DNA of 64,000 nucleotides, from positions 192,879 to 256,878 of the forward strand of contig CAWDFP010000006.1 of assembly GCA_963801605.1 (NCBI GenBank). The letters run 5' to 3'. The DNA comes from an uncultured candidate division Zixibacteria bacterium. Its GTDB lineage: Bacteria; Zixibacteria; MSB-5A5; UBA10806. Under the pieces are notes generated by a model, which was given only the letters and a program-made list of their open reading frames with translations, ran no database searches and was not told where the DNA came from. This document shows, in pieces, positions 8,856 to 17,729 of this stretch (its first letter is position 1; every line of letters starts with the position of its first letter). The position numbers and the translations under genes are program-made.

Positions 8856-10377
8856 ATTGGGTGATGATCTGTCTTTGACGGTTTAGCTCGCTTTCGTCGG
8901 CGACATACTGGGCCAGTTCTTTTTTGATCTTGGTGATTCTGGCAGTTGTCTCGTCAAGCGATTCGAGGCGGCTTTCAAGCTCCTGGGATGATTGACCTTC
9001 AAGAATGCCCTCATAGGTTTCGCGTTCCCGGGAAACCTGTTTTTCGAGATCATCAAATTGCCAGATGCTACGCCTGAGATCATTAAGCGACGATACCGAG
9101 TACCTGGCCAGAAGTTCGTTTAAAGCCGATGTCTGACCTTGAAGTTCAACACTCAGTGTGGTTAATTTTGATTCCAGCTTGGAAGAGTGGTCACCAAGAT
9201 ATTTACGATGCTGATTGCGGGAAACTGCAATACCCAGCCCAAATATAGTCATTGCAATGGAGGCCACAACGCCATAACCGGATATTGAATTCAGGAATGA
9301 CAAAAAGCCCATAAAATATGACAGCCCCATAACGACTGATCCCAACCCGCCCAGAATAGCGGAAACGATATAAACCTGGCCAATTTTGTAGGCCTCGAAC
9401 TCTTCCTTAGCTTCGGCAGCATCGGCCTCAAGCTCTCTGCTTTTGGGTTGAAGATAGCCCAGGCTTGATTCGATGTTATTTACGGTTTCAATATCTTTGG
9501 AATCGAAATTTTTCAGGCTAGCCTGCCGGTCACGAAGGATTTTGATTCTTTTAAGCGATTCCTGCGCCTCTTCCAGTTTCAGCTCTAGTTCCTGACGTTC
9601 GCGGGTAGCCACCACGAAACCATCCTCAAGCTCATTGGCTTTGAGACTTTGTTCGAGGTGTTCCTTTTTAGAAGCGAGGTCCTCGCGGATATTTTTATAA
9701 GCCATTTCGACTTGAATAAGATCAGAGCGTTTAGATTTCAGATTGGTTATTTCGCGGTTGAGCTTTTCGATATTATAATCAAGTTCCTTAGAGACCTTAT
9801 CGAGATGAGCCAACTCACCGCTGCCAGTTTCATTTCCGGCAATTTCGGCAATTCGCTTCTTAATTTTAGCCAAAACATTGGATGCGGCCTTTTCCTCTTT
9901 GCCGCCGGTAACAAGCGATTCCAGTTTATCTTTTATCGCCTCGAAAGAGCTTTCGATTTCATTTATTTCCCCCTGGGCAATACAAGCGGTGGCCCTAAAG
10001 ATTTCCTCGGATGGCATCCCCATCTGCTCGGATAGCCACTGCTCCACAAAATCAGGGGCCTCATTTTTGATCCCGGCAGCCTCGTTTTCGAGCTCGGTTT
10101 TGCCGGCCTTAAAATCCTTTAGAAGGCGATAAGATATGCCCTCGATATTAAGCACGGCTTCGAGAGCGGGCAGCTCGTTGGTTTCCCAGCGGGTTAAGCC
10201 AGCGATTTCCTTTCGTCCGGAGACAGGATCGAGGAACAAAGCCGCGGTGATAGCGCTGGCCAGAGTCGATTTTCCTGCCTCGTTTGGCCCTTTGATAAGA
10301 TTCAGGCCAGGAGTGAAATCGCAGGAAAAGTTTTCAAACTTACCAAAGTTATGAAGGAGTAGATGAGAAATTTGCAT
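8797..10377 (-). CDS. SbcC/YhaN-like ATPase, N-terminal fragment (Walker A, coiled coil, two TM helices)
   Basis: Walker A GPNEAGKST, long coiled coil, and a hydrophobic pair VYIVSAILGGLGSVVMGLSYFMGFL...GYGVVASIAMTIFGLGIAV. Confidence 0.8.
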   Translation of the reverse strand: MQISHLLLHNFGKFENFSCDFTPGLNLIKGPNEAGKSTLASAITAALFLDPVSGRKEIAGLTRWETNELPALEAVLNIEGISYRLLKDFKAGKTELENEAAGIKNEAPDFVEQWLSEQMGMPSEEIFRATACIAQGEINEIESSFEAIKDKLESLVTGGKEEKAASNVLAKIKKRIAEIAGNETGSGELAHLDKVSKELDYNIEKLNREITNLKSKRSDLIQVEMAYKNIREDLASKKEHLEQSLKANELEDGFVVATRERQELELKLEEAQESLKRIKILRDRQASLKNFDSKDIETVNNIESSLGYLQPKSRELEADAAEAKEEFEAYKIGQVYIVSAILGGLGSVVMGLSYFMGFLSFLNSISGYGVVASIAMTIFGLGIAVSRNQHRKYLGDHSSKLESKLTTLSVELQGQTSALNELLARYSVSSLNDLRRSIWQFDDLEKQVSRERETYEGILEGQSSQELESRLESLDETTARITKIKKELAQYVADESELNRQRQIITQFEDRVKDLERERGVLVPAT

Positions 10378-10378
10378 C

Positions 10379-11512
10379 TTACCAGACCTCCTTCCCTGTC
10401 AAAAGCGTGTAGCCGGTCTTAAGCGATTCCTCCAGCTCCAGCCGCTGGACGCCATCAGCCTTCTTTAATCTTTCCACCATTACCTTTAGATATTGGCCCA
10501 GTATCGTCTTTTCCTGGACTTTAATTTCGGAGATATCGGGCAGCACCCTGGTGCGATCTTCAAATGAGAGCTCCAGGAAATTACCCTTCATCTCCTCATG
10601 AATCGCTTTGATATTCAGACCGGATTCAAATAGCGCCAGGCCCTCAAGAGTAGCTCTCAAGATAACATCCGGCCCGGCGAGACTGTCTAACTTTTGCTTG
10701 AGTTCATCGACATTGACGACTTCTTCCATTGAAATCTGAGTTTCTTTCCAGATCAGACTGCCAATATGTTTAGGCTCAGTCGCAAGAAGATCGCCGTCAA
10801 GAGTGATCAGAAGGCAATTGCCGGAATTGGGCGAATCTGAGAAGATAATCTCTGGCGATCCGGAATAGGCAGCCTTAATTCCCACTGCGGTAAGATCGAG
10901 TCGCTCACTTTGGCCGCCAAGAGCGGCGTAGCTAAAGCCGCCTTTAGCCAGATCGTCGGGAGTGAAACTGTGATCTTTTCCGGCATCAGCCTTATCATGA
11001 ATCAGATTACCATAGATAACGGCAATATGATTGGCTGCTTTGCCAAATTTCCGAATCCTCAACGCGGGGTTTTCACGTCCTGAATCAGCCGTTACAGGGT
11101 GACCATAGACGGTAGCAGATAGATTAGGAAGTTCGATATATGGCTTATCCGAATCTGCCAATATATGAAGGTTTTCCGCTGGCGAAAGGATCTGCCACTC
11201 CTCCCAGAACGATCCTTTTTGATAAGGATCTCGCGCCCCCGGCAGGACCACAACGGGGATTTTCTCCAGCCGTCGAATCTGGGCCAGAAAGAAGTTGAGC
11301 AGGTTCTGAGAAATGTCGGGGTTGTCGAATGTATCGCCTGCCAGTATTAGAAGATCCGCCTTCTCCTCGATTGTCAGATCGATTAGCTTGACGAAGGCGT
11401 TTTTGATAGCCACGCGGAGCTTATCGCCCGGCACGGCCTGCCCCGATTTTGTCGGGTCCTGCCCGGAGAAAGTTGCCCCCAGGCGCACGTTAGAGGATTG
11501 TATTATTTTCAT
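10379..11512 (-). CDS. SbcD/Mre11/YhaO-like calcineurin-fold protein with degenerate metal-binding motifs
   Basis: GDTFD (motif II) is kept. Motif I reads QSSNVRLG instead of DxHxG, motif III reads PGARD instead of GNHD/E, and motif V reads ALGGQS instead of GHxH. Confidence 0.7.
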   Translation of the reverse strand: MKIIQSSNVRLGATFSGQDPTKSGQAVPGDKLRVAIKNAFVKLIDLTIEEKADLLILAGDTFDNPDISQNLLNFFLAQIRRLEKIPVVVLPGARDPYQKGSFWEEWQILSPAENLHILADSDKPYIELPNLSATVYGHPVTADSGRENPALRIRKFGKAANHIAVIYGNLIHDKADAGKDHSFTPDDLAKGGFSYAALGGQSERLDLTAVGIKAAYSGSPEIIFSDSPNSGNCLLITLDGDLLATEPKHIGSLIWKETQISMEEVVNVDELKQKLDSLAGPDVILRATLEGLALFESGLNIKAIHEEMKGNFLELSFEDRTRVLPDISEIKVQEKTILGQYLKVMVERLKKADGVQRLELEESLKTGYTLLTGKEVW

Positions 11513-11865
11513 ACGCTATTATTATCGGCAGAAATCGCGAGGGCTTAATGGGGGCCGGCCAAATTATCTGGGCGGTAGGCTATGTGGGAGCTTGAGGTTA
11601 TAGCGCGAATCAGCCGCTTGAGGTTGCAAAATGCGACATTAAAAGATGGTCGGGGTACCGTGTCGACCCTAGGTTATCTCAGGTCCGACACTGCAATTTG
11701 ATTTCCAGATGAATATCATACACAAACCGCATTCAATCTGAACTTTCGATTTAAGGCATAAGTTTGCCGCCAAGGAGTTCAATCGTGTTTGAAACCGACG
11801 ACGAGTCCGTTGCCGGCTACAGAATCGATTTGGCGGCGGGAATCACAGTTCCCACCTGCATCAAT

Positions 11866-13542
11866 CTATCTTACCACCCGTATTTCTTGGCAATCAGATG
11901 TCGGCGAGATGCTGCCCTCGGAAAGCAGCTTATCGTGGAAACGCTTGAGGTCGAATTTGTCGCCTTCCTGGGCCTGGGCGCGAGCTCGCATGCGAAGGAT
12001 CATTGTCTTGCCGGTCAGATATGAAAGCGCCTGAGTTGGGTTGGCGCAGTAACGGCGGATTTCGCCGGTGTAATAATAATCGTTTTTACCGAGCTTTTCG
12101 TTCATGAAATTCAATGCGGTCTGAGGCGTAAACCGTCCGGTCTGCAAACCGATATCGACGATAATCCTCACAGCGCGAAATTGGATGCCGCCCAGGACGC
12201 CATCCCATTGCCTGAGATCATCGCCATACAATCCCTGTTTATAGACCATCTCCTCACAATACAACGCCCAACCCTCGACCAGAATATTATCCTGCTGAAT
12301 CTTCCTTATCCTGGATTGGTTGCGGTTGGCGATCAAAAGCTGAAGGTGATGGCCGGGATAACCCTCATGTACAATTGATCCCCGGAAAGAGCGACGATAG
12401 ATATAAGATACATAATCCGCTTTTTGCTTTTCGGTAAACGAATCAGCAAGCGGACGAACATAGAAGAAGCCGTTTTGGAAGGAATCAAGCGGAGGCGGGG
12501 GTTCGTAGGCAATTCCGCGTATGACGCCGCGCATAAAGGTTGGAGTTTCCATGGGAATGCACTCGCCAAAATTGTCCGGAATGGTGGCGTAACCGCTCTG
12601 GATGACATAATTCTTCATCATTCCAATTTCCCAGCGGTAATATTGCAGGATGTCGTTTTTATCGATACTGGGAACGGCGAAATGCGGCATCGTATCGGCA
12701 GGCGGCAGGATTGTCTCCAGAGCTTTCATCTCGGAGTCGGTTTGGGCGTAGAGATTATTTCCCAGGCTTAGCAGCGAATCGGAATCGGTATCGAGCAGGT
12801 GAACATCCGAAAGCAGAAATTCGAGATTATCCTTTCCAATGGAAAAGCTTCCTTTGGCCGTTTTCTTCAGTTCCCGGCAGTAGAGATTGAAATTTTTAAG
12901 CGCCATCACCGCGGCGCTTCTCGATTTGTTAATTTCCTCTGCGCGTTCGGGAAATTTCACCGACAAATCCTGACAGACATCGTTGATAAGCTTAACTCCC
13001 TCATCTAATGCTTCGCCGGCAGTTTCGACAAATATCGGCACTGGTTCTGTAAGGTTGGCTTTGGCAACATTACAGATATTTGGTATCTCGTTCAGACGGG
13101 CAATAATCGCATTCATCCTGGTTTCAAGCGGTGCGAAATCGCGGAGTACAAGATAATAGATACCATAAATACATTGATCGCTATAAACCGATGGAGATTT
13201 TTTCCAATAGGGGAAAGTCTTGAATTGAAAAAGCAGGAATTTAACATTTGCCAGGATGAGCTTTTGATCGATTTGATCGTCGATAGACCATCCGATGGTA
13301 TCCACGTTCGAGATCATCTTTTTTTCGGTTTCCAGATATTTAACGAACGCCTCGATATTCTTTTTTGAGAAGTCGGCAAGATGGTTATCGTATTTGTGAA
13401 TCCCGATACCTGTACCCCAAACCGGATCGAATTTCGCAAAGTTGTCGATCACGGTATCGACATGCGCTCTGAAATCTGCGGGGGTCATAGCCCAGAGATT
13501 GCCGGCACTGAAGATCAGGATCAAAAGTGCGATCTTTTTCAT
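11866..13542 (-). CDS. DUF885-family (metallopeptidase-like) exported protein
   Basis: Signal peptide and an HEGYPGHHLQ motif. The last 12 codons may be frame-shifted, because the alternative frame reads ..HLIAKKYGW*. Confidence 0.8.
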   Translation of the reverse strand: MKKIALLILIFSAGNLWAMTPADFRAHVDTVIDNFAKFDPVWGTGIGIHKYDNHLADFSKKNIEAFVKYLETEKKMISNVDTIGWSIDDQIDQKLILANVKFLLFQFKTFPYWKKSPSVYSDQCIYGIYYLVLRDFAPLETRMNAIIARLNEIPNICNVAKANLTEPVPIFVETAGEALDEGVKLINDVCQDLSVKFPERAEEINKSRSAAVMALKNFNLYCRELKKTAKGSFSIGKDNLEFLLSDVHLLDTDSDSLLSLGNNLYAQTDSEMKALETILPPADTMPHFAVPSIDKNDILQYYRWEIGMMKNYVIQSGYATIPDNFGECIPMETPTFMRGVIRGIAYEPPPPLDSFQNGFFYVRPLADSFTEKQKADYVSYIYRRSFRGSIVHEGYPGHHLQLLIANRNQSRIRKIQQDNILVEGWALYCEEMVYKQGLYGDDLRQWDGVLGGIQFRAVRIIVDIGLQTGRFTPQTALNFMNEKLGKNDYYYTGEIRRYCANPTQALSYLTGKTMILRMRARAQAQEGDKFDLKRFHDKLLSEGSISPTSDCQEIRVVR

Positions 13543-13548
13543 TTTCTT

Positions 13549-14427
13549 TTATCCTTTTAAGGTCAACCTGCAGGCGGCCTCGATATGAAATGTATGCGGA
13601 AATAGGTCCATCGGCACAGCTCTATCGAGATTATAGCCGTCATCGACAAGGTCCTTGATATCACGAGCCAGGGTGGCGGGATTACAGGATATATATACCA
13701 TCTTCATCGGTTTTAGCTCAAGCAGAGATTTGATGACGTCGGGATGACAGCCGGCGCGCGGCGGATCTAAAAGAACCAGATCATATCTCTCATCTTTTGC
13801 GGTTTTAAGATAATTGGCCACGTCTGAAATTACAAAGCGGCAGTTAGTGACCGAGTTAAACTTGACATTGGCGTCGGCGTCGGCGATAGCATCAGCTACC
13901 GACTCGACGCCCACAACCTCAGAAACGAGGTCGGAGAAATAGATCGCGATTGTTCCAGTACCGGTGTAGAGATCGAGCATGCGGTCGGAGCTTTCGGGTT
14001 GGGCAAGTTCGATTGCCAGATCGTAAAGGCGCTGTACCTGATAGCTATTGGTCTGGAAAAAGGAGTTGGCTGATATACGATAGCGATGTTCCCCAAGCTG
14101 TTCGTAGATATGATCCGAGCCGTAGAGAATTGTTTCTTTCTCGCCTCTGGCGATATTAGCCTTTTCGGGATTGACCGTATGAGATATCGAAACAACCGAG
14201 CTGAATTTGGCGCCGATTTCGTCTGCCAGAATCTTGAGCGCCGGGAAGTCGCCTTTTCCGGTAACGAGATTTACCAGCATTTGGCCGGTGAATTTCCCCT
14301 CGCGGATAACCAGAAAACGCAGACATCCGGTATGATCGATGATATGATATGGCGGCAAACCCAGTTCGACTGAGCGGGTGCGGACAAATTTAACAATTTC
14401 ATTCGATACTTCGGATTCGAGATGGCA
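13549..14427 (-). CDS. 23S rRNA (uracil-C5)-methyltransferase RlmD/RumA-like, C-terminal portion
   Basis: SAM-binding DLYTGTGTIA and catalytic ..YISCNPATLARD.. motifs. The frame is open directly from the in-frame TGA at 14428-14430. Confidence 0.85.
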   Translation of the reverse strand, partial: CHLESEVSNEIVKFVRTRSVELGLPPYHIIDHTGCLRFLVIREGKFTGQMLVNLVTGKGDFPALKILADEIGAKFSSVVSISHTVNPEKANIARGEKETILYGSDHIYEQLGEHRYRISANSFFQTNSYQVQRLYDLAIELAQPESSDRMLDLYTGTGTIAIYFSDLVSEVVGVESVADAIADADANVKFNSVTNCRFVISDVANYLKTAKDERYDLVLLDPPRAGCHPDVIKSLLELKPMKMVYISCNPATLARDIKDLVDDGYNLDRAVPMDLFPHTFHIEAACRLTLKG

Positions 14428-14910
14428 TCAGTTGAGTTGAAAAATATCCTGAAACCGTCCCGCGACATGCAGCCCCAGCAGAGTTTCGCCGTCACCGCCA
14501 ACATGAAATGAGAATTCCATTTTATTGCGATAGTAATAAATCTTGTGAGCGCCAATTATCGGTTCAACCGGAGGCTCTTTGATTCCTGCAATATGAATCA
14601 ACGCCTGGCGAACCTGATCCTCTTTATATTTTTTCTGAATGGCATATTCCAGATGCTGCCATTTGCAGCCGCCACAGTATTCGAAATGCTCGCAGGCCGG
14701 GGTAATCCGGTGCTCCGATGGAGTAACTATACGGGCGATTTTAGCCTCGGCATAACTGCCGCGCGCCTTTTGTACTTCGGCCTCAATTACATCTCCAGGA
14801 ACGGCCGATTCGACAAAAATTACAAATCCATTGGACCTGGCTACGCCCTTGCCGCCGAATGCCAGATCGGTTATCGTTAAAGTGAGAATTTCGCCTTTCC
14901 GCGGCCGCAT
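14428..14910 (-). CDS. RlmD/RumA-like, N-terminal portion (TRAM domain plus Fe-S cysteines), ending at an in-frame TGA
   Basis: TRAM-like LTITDLAFGGKGVAR and the CEHFEYCGGCKWQH cluster motif. It is in the same frame as 13549..14427. Confidence 0.85.
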   Translation of the reverse strand: MRPRKGEILTLTITDLAFGGKGVARSNGFVIFVESAVPGDVIEAEVQKARGSYAEAKIARIVTPSEHRITPACEHFEYCGGCKWQHLEYAIQKKYKEDQVRQALIHIAGIKEPPVEPIIGAHKIYYYRNKMEFSFHVGGDGETLLGLHVAGRFQDIFQLN

Positions 14911-15061
14911 TTTATCTCCAGTAAATATTTCCCATAGCAGAATAATATGCCAATCGGCATAGTCCTTATCTATTATGATAAATTATGATTGAATGCACAA
15001 GGAAAGTCAATCAAAGAACGAGGGCAAGAGTCTCAATTGCCTCCTGATGAAAAAAAGGCGT

Positions 15062-15088
15062 AAAAAAAACCTCCCGCAGTGTGGGAGG
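15062..15088 (-). terminator. intrinsic terminator after the M23 peptidase gene
   Basis: Hairpin CCTCCC-gcagtgt-GGGAGG, followed on the minus strand by a T8 run. Confidence 0.75.
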
Positions 15089-15113
15089 TTTCAATTTTCA
15101 TATTAATTCTATT

Positions 15114-16034
15114 TTATAGTAAAGACAGAATCGATTTGACGATAAAATTGGCTGGATCGAGGGGCCTGTTATTTTGATGAACCTCGTAATGCAGATGCGG
15201 CCCGGTGGAATAGCCTGTTGAACCAACTTGCCCGATTACCTCGCCCCTTGCTACCTTATGCCCGCAGGCAACCATGATCTTGCTTAAATGGCCATAAGAT
15301 GTCGTGTAGCCGTTGCCGTGATCGATAATAATCAAATTGCCCAGACCGGCTTGATAGGATGTGCTGGTCACAATACCCTCGGCCGTGGCGCAAACTGCTG
15401 TTCCCCTGGGAGCGGCTATATCGATTCCGTTATGCGGCTGGTAGGAACCGGTAAAGGGATCGGGATGGATTCCAAAGCCGCGTGTAACGAAACCCTCACA
15501 AGGGTTGATGGTAGGGGTATGATCAAGTGTATTTTTGCGAGCTTGAACAAGAGTTAAAAGATCCTCAGTTGAGGCGTTTTCAAGCTCAAGTTGACGACGG
15601 ATTTTTTCAATATCCTCTTGAACCATCCAGGTGCGTTGGCCAAGCTCCGAACCGACTAAAGGTTCGGGGTTAATATCGCCGCCGACACCAACTTCCCTGA
15701 CATCGGAGTCAATGGGAGGAAGATCAAAAACCAGGCGAATTTGCTCATCCCGCCCCACGATATTAGACATCTCTGATTTCAGGAAGGTCACTGTGGATTC
15801 AAGATCGCCGAGCTTGGCCGAGAGAACCTTATTCTCCTGTGTCAGGCTGACAAGCTCCTTTTTATCCACGGTCGATTTGATAAACCCGATGGCTGAATAT
15901 ACGCTGGCGATAATAAAAAAGGTTATAACCAGGGAGCAAACCACCAAAAAGCGCTGGCTTACTTCTCTATTTACGACCCGTCCGTTTTCAGGTGGAACGA
16001 TCAGGATTGAGTATTTCTTATTATTTGATAGCAC
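15114..16034 (-). CDS. M23/LytM-family metallopeptidase with N-terminal TM helix and coiled coil
   Basis: Motifs HNGIDIAAPRGT and GSTGYSTGPHLHYEV. Confidence 0.9.
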   Translation of the reverse strand: MLSNNKKYSILIVPPENGRVVNREVSQRFLVVCSLVITFFIIASVYSAIGFIKSTVDKKELVSLTQENKVLSAKLGDLESTVTFLKSEMSNIVGRDEQIRLVFDLPPIDSDVREVGVGGDINPEPLVGSELGQRTWMVQEDIEKIRRQLELENASTEDLLTLVQARKNTLDHTPTINPCEGFVTRGFGIHPDPFTGSYQPHNGIDIAAPRGTAVCATAEGIVTSTSYQAGLGNLIIIDHGNGYTTSYGHLSKIMVACGHKVARGEVIGQVGSTGYSTGPHLHYEVHQNNRPLDPANFIVKSILSLL

Positions 16035-16104
16035 TCCACATCCCGTTAAGTTAAAGACCTCGGCAAAATTACCCTTTCAGCAAGATAGTGTCAAGCTCTT
16101 TCTT

Positions 16105-16245
16105 TCACTTGATAAGCAGGTAATCCTTCTTCAAAATCTTCCCAACTACCTTTACAAACTTCTCCGGATGAAGGTTTTGCAGGCTATAGAGATGCCAGCA
16201 TTGTTTCTCCGGCAGTGCGAATTGCGATTTTCGTTTCTTGGCCAC
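16105..16245 (-). CDS. possible 46-aa basic protein (below the ORF-track size cutoff)
   Basis: AAAGGAGGG SD lies 4 nt before GTG 16245. Translation: VAKKRKSQFALPEKQCWHLYSLQNLHPEKFVKVVGKILKKDYLLIK. It sits just upstream of the M23 gene. Confidence 0.3.
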   Translation of the reverse strand: MAKKRKSQFALPEKQCWHLYSLQNLHPEKFVKVVGKILKKDYLLIK

Positions 16246-16533
16246 GTTCCCTCCTTTAATTTGCCCGCTTATGCATCGCGAAGACTCAGTTAAGCGGCGC
16301 GCGATTCCCCTTTAGGCTTGCCCATGAATTGGGCCATGCAAGTAAGGAAACGTGCAATTCTCATTCCCGAATTCAGATACCAGGCTCCGAGTTGAAACAC
16401 TGCGTTAATCCCTTATCAAAAAAAGATTTAGAGAACGCCTTGAAATCGAACTATGGTATTATGTCAATAGGGTGATATGGGGGAATCCCCATAGTTATAG
16501 GAAATAGCGGTTATTATTCTTTGTGATGAAGCG

Positions 16534-16800
16534 CTAAATATCAATATGATCGATTATGGCTACTATCACGGTTCGGACCGGGACTTCAGATTGGCCCACC
16601 ACAGCCATTGCTGAACGACCCTCCTGGGTAATGAGCACCAGATCACCGACTCCAGCATCGACGGAGTCGATTGCCACCACCGATTCGCCGGTCGGTGCTT
16701 GCTGCGGAGTGAGAATCGCGACATTAAGGAGGCGCTGGTTTTTATAAACCGAATGTTTAATCGTGGCTGCGATATTGCCTGTGACTTTTCCAATCAGCAT
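16534..16800 (-). CDS. EutN/CcmL/PduN-family BMC vertex (BMC-P) protein, copy 3 in transcription order
   Basis: MLIGKVTGNIAATIKH...VVAIDSVDAGVGDLVLITQEGRSA...VIVAIIDHIDI aligns over its full length to E. coli EutN. Confidence 0.9.
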   Translation of the reverse strand: MLIGKVTGNIAATIKHSVYKNQRLLNVAILTPQQAPTGESVVAIDSVDAGVGDLVLITQEGRSAMAVVGQSEVPVRTVIVAIIDHIDI

Positions 16801-16801
16801 A

Positions 16802-17068
16802 TCAGCCCAACTGATCCACTATGCCTACGATGGCAGCATCGACAGGAATCTTTTTTTCCGGTAGACAGTAGGTTGCCTCGCGAGCGGCCACCCACCAGAC
16901 AAGTTCGCCGTCGCCGGCCGAAACTGAATCAGCGGCCACAATGGGAGCGCCTTGCGGTTTACCGGTATTATCGACCGGCTCGATGATGCGCAGCTTTACT
17001 CCCAATAGCTGGGGGTCCTTGATTGTGCAGACAATGGTTCCTTTGACGCGAGCGAGTTTCATTCTCAA
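16802..17068 (-). CDS. EutN/CcmL-family BMC-P protein, copy 2
   Basis: MKLARVKGTIVCTIKD...IVAADSVSAGDGELVWW...VDAAIVGIVDQLG. Confidence 0.9.
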   Translation of the reverse strand: MRMKLARVKGTIVCTIKDPQLLGVKLRIIEPVDNTGKPQGAPIVAADSVSAGDGELVWWVAAREATYCLPEKKIPVDAAIVGIVDQLG

Positions 17069-17374
17069 TCAGCTTTTATTCATAGCGGTGTTATACGTGG
17101 TATTGCCCGAAAACTCGATATGATCAATTATCCCAATGACGATAGCATCGACCGGCGTGGTGCTCATATTCTGCGCCTGACGGGCCGAGGAGCCGCGTAC
17201 TACCAGCACCAGATCGCCTATGCCGGCATCGAGCGAATCAAGGGCCACGATTGGCGCTCCGCTTTTAGGCGCACCCGATGTATCGGCCATTTCCAGAAGC
17301 AACATTTTATGGCCACTGAGCTTGGCATCCTTGCGGGTGGCGACTACGGTTCCTTTTACTCTGGCTATTTCCAT
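17069..17374 (-). CDS. EutN/CcmL-family BMC-P protein, copy 1
   Basis: MEIARVKGTVVATRKD...IVALDSLDAGIGDLVLVVRGSSARQA...VDAIVIGIIDHIEF. Confidence 0.9.
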   Translation of the reverse strand: MEIARVKGTVVATRKDAKLSGHKMLLLEMADTSGAPKSGAPIVALDSLDAGIGDLVLVVRGSSARQAQNMSTTPVDAIVIGIIDHIEFSGNTTYNTAMNKS

Positions 17375-17397
17375 ATCAATTCCCGGTAAGGCGTGAT

Positions 17398-17622
17398 TTA
17401 AATTTTCTTTTCGGTATCGGGCGATTCATCATCAGTTGTGTTTTGATCGGATTTGTCATCCTCAAGCGGTAATTGATCGGTAGCATCAAGTCCTCTTCGT
17501 CCAAAAGCCTTGAGCAGGATATGCACTACCGCTCCCACGATCGGCAGAATTGTAAAAACAATGATGAAAATCGCCCAGAACGGGTTCTTCTTAAAAAAAT
17601 CGAGTAAACTACCATCCAGCAC
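17398..17622 (-). CDS. small single-pass membrane protein with acidic tail
   Basis: One TM helix (FWAIFIIVFTILPIVGAVVHILL) followed by a D/E-rich tail. It lies directly upstream of the BMC-P trio on the same strand. Confidence 0.45.
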   Translation of the reverse strand: MLDGSLLDFFKKNPFWAIFIIVFTILPIVGAVVHILLKAFGRRGLDATDQLPLEDDKSDQNTTDDESPDTEKKI

Positions 17623-17729
17623 AATAGGAATCTACCTTGGATATTACTTGCAGTCAAGTTGCATATTCAGACGCGTTAGCTCGCAATTCGGCGCTTGACA
17701 GCGGTTTCGGTCGACATTATACCTAGTAT

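Noticed and set aside
11513-11865. 353-nt intergenic gap as a possible ncRNA, tRNA or riboswitch.
   Set aside because: I found no tRNA T-arm/acceptor pattern, and no RNase P, tmRNA or SRP signature. Only weak hairpins are present, so it is most simply a terminator plus promoter region.
3018-14430. Global reassignment of TGA (code 4 or 25) as the explanation for the two in-frame TGAs.
   Set aside because: TGA terminates many well-supported genes in this window, including the leuC-like gene at 5928, the HIT gene at 7524, GNAT at 18195, RAYT at 18848 and the second ParB-like gene at 22558.
15631-16293. 220-aa plus-strand ORF.
   Set aside because: It is antisense to the well-supported M23 peptidase and runs on through the intergenic region. 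No motifs are present.
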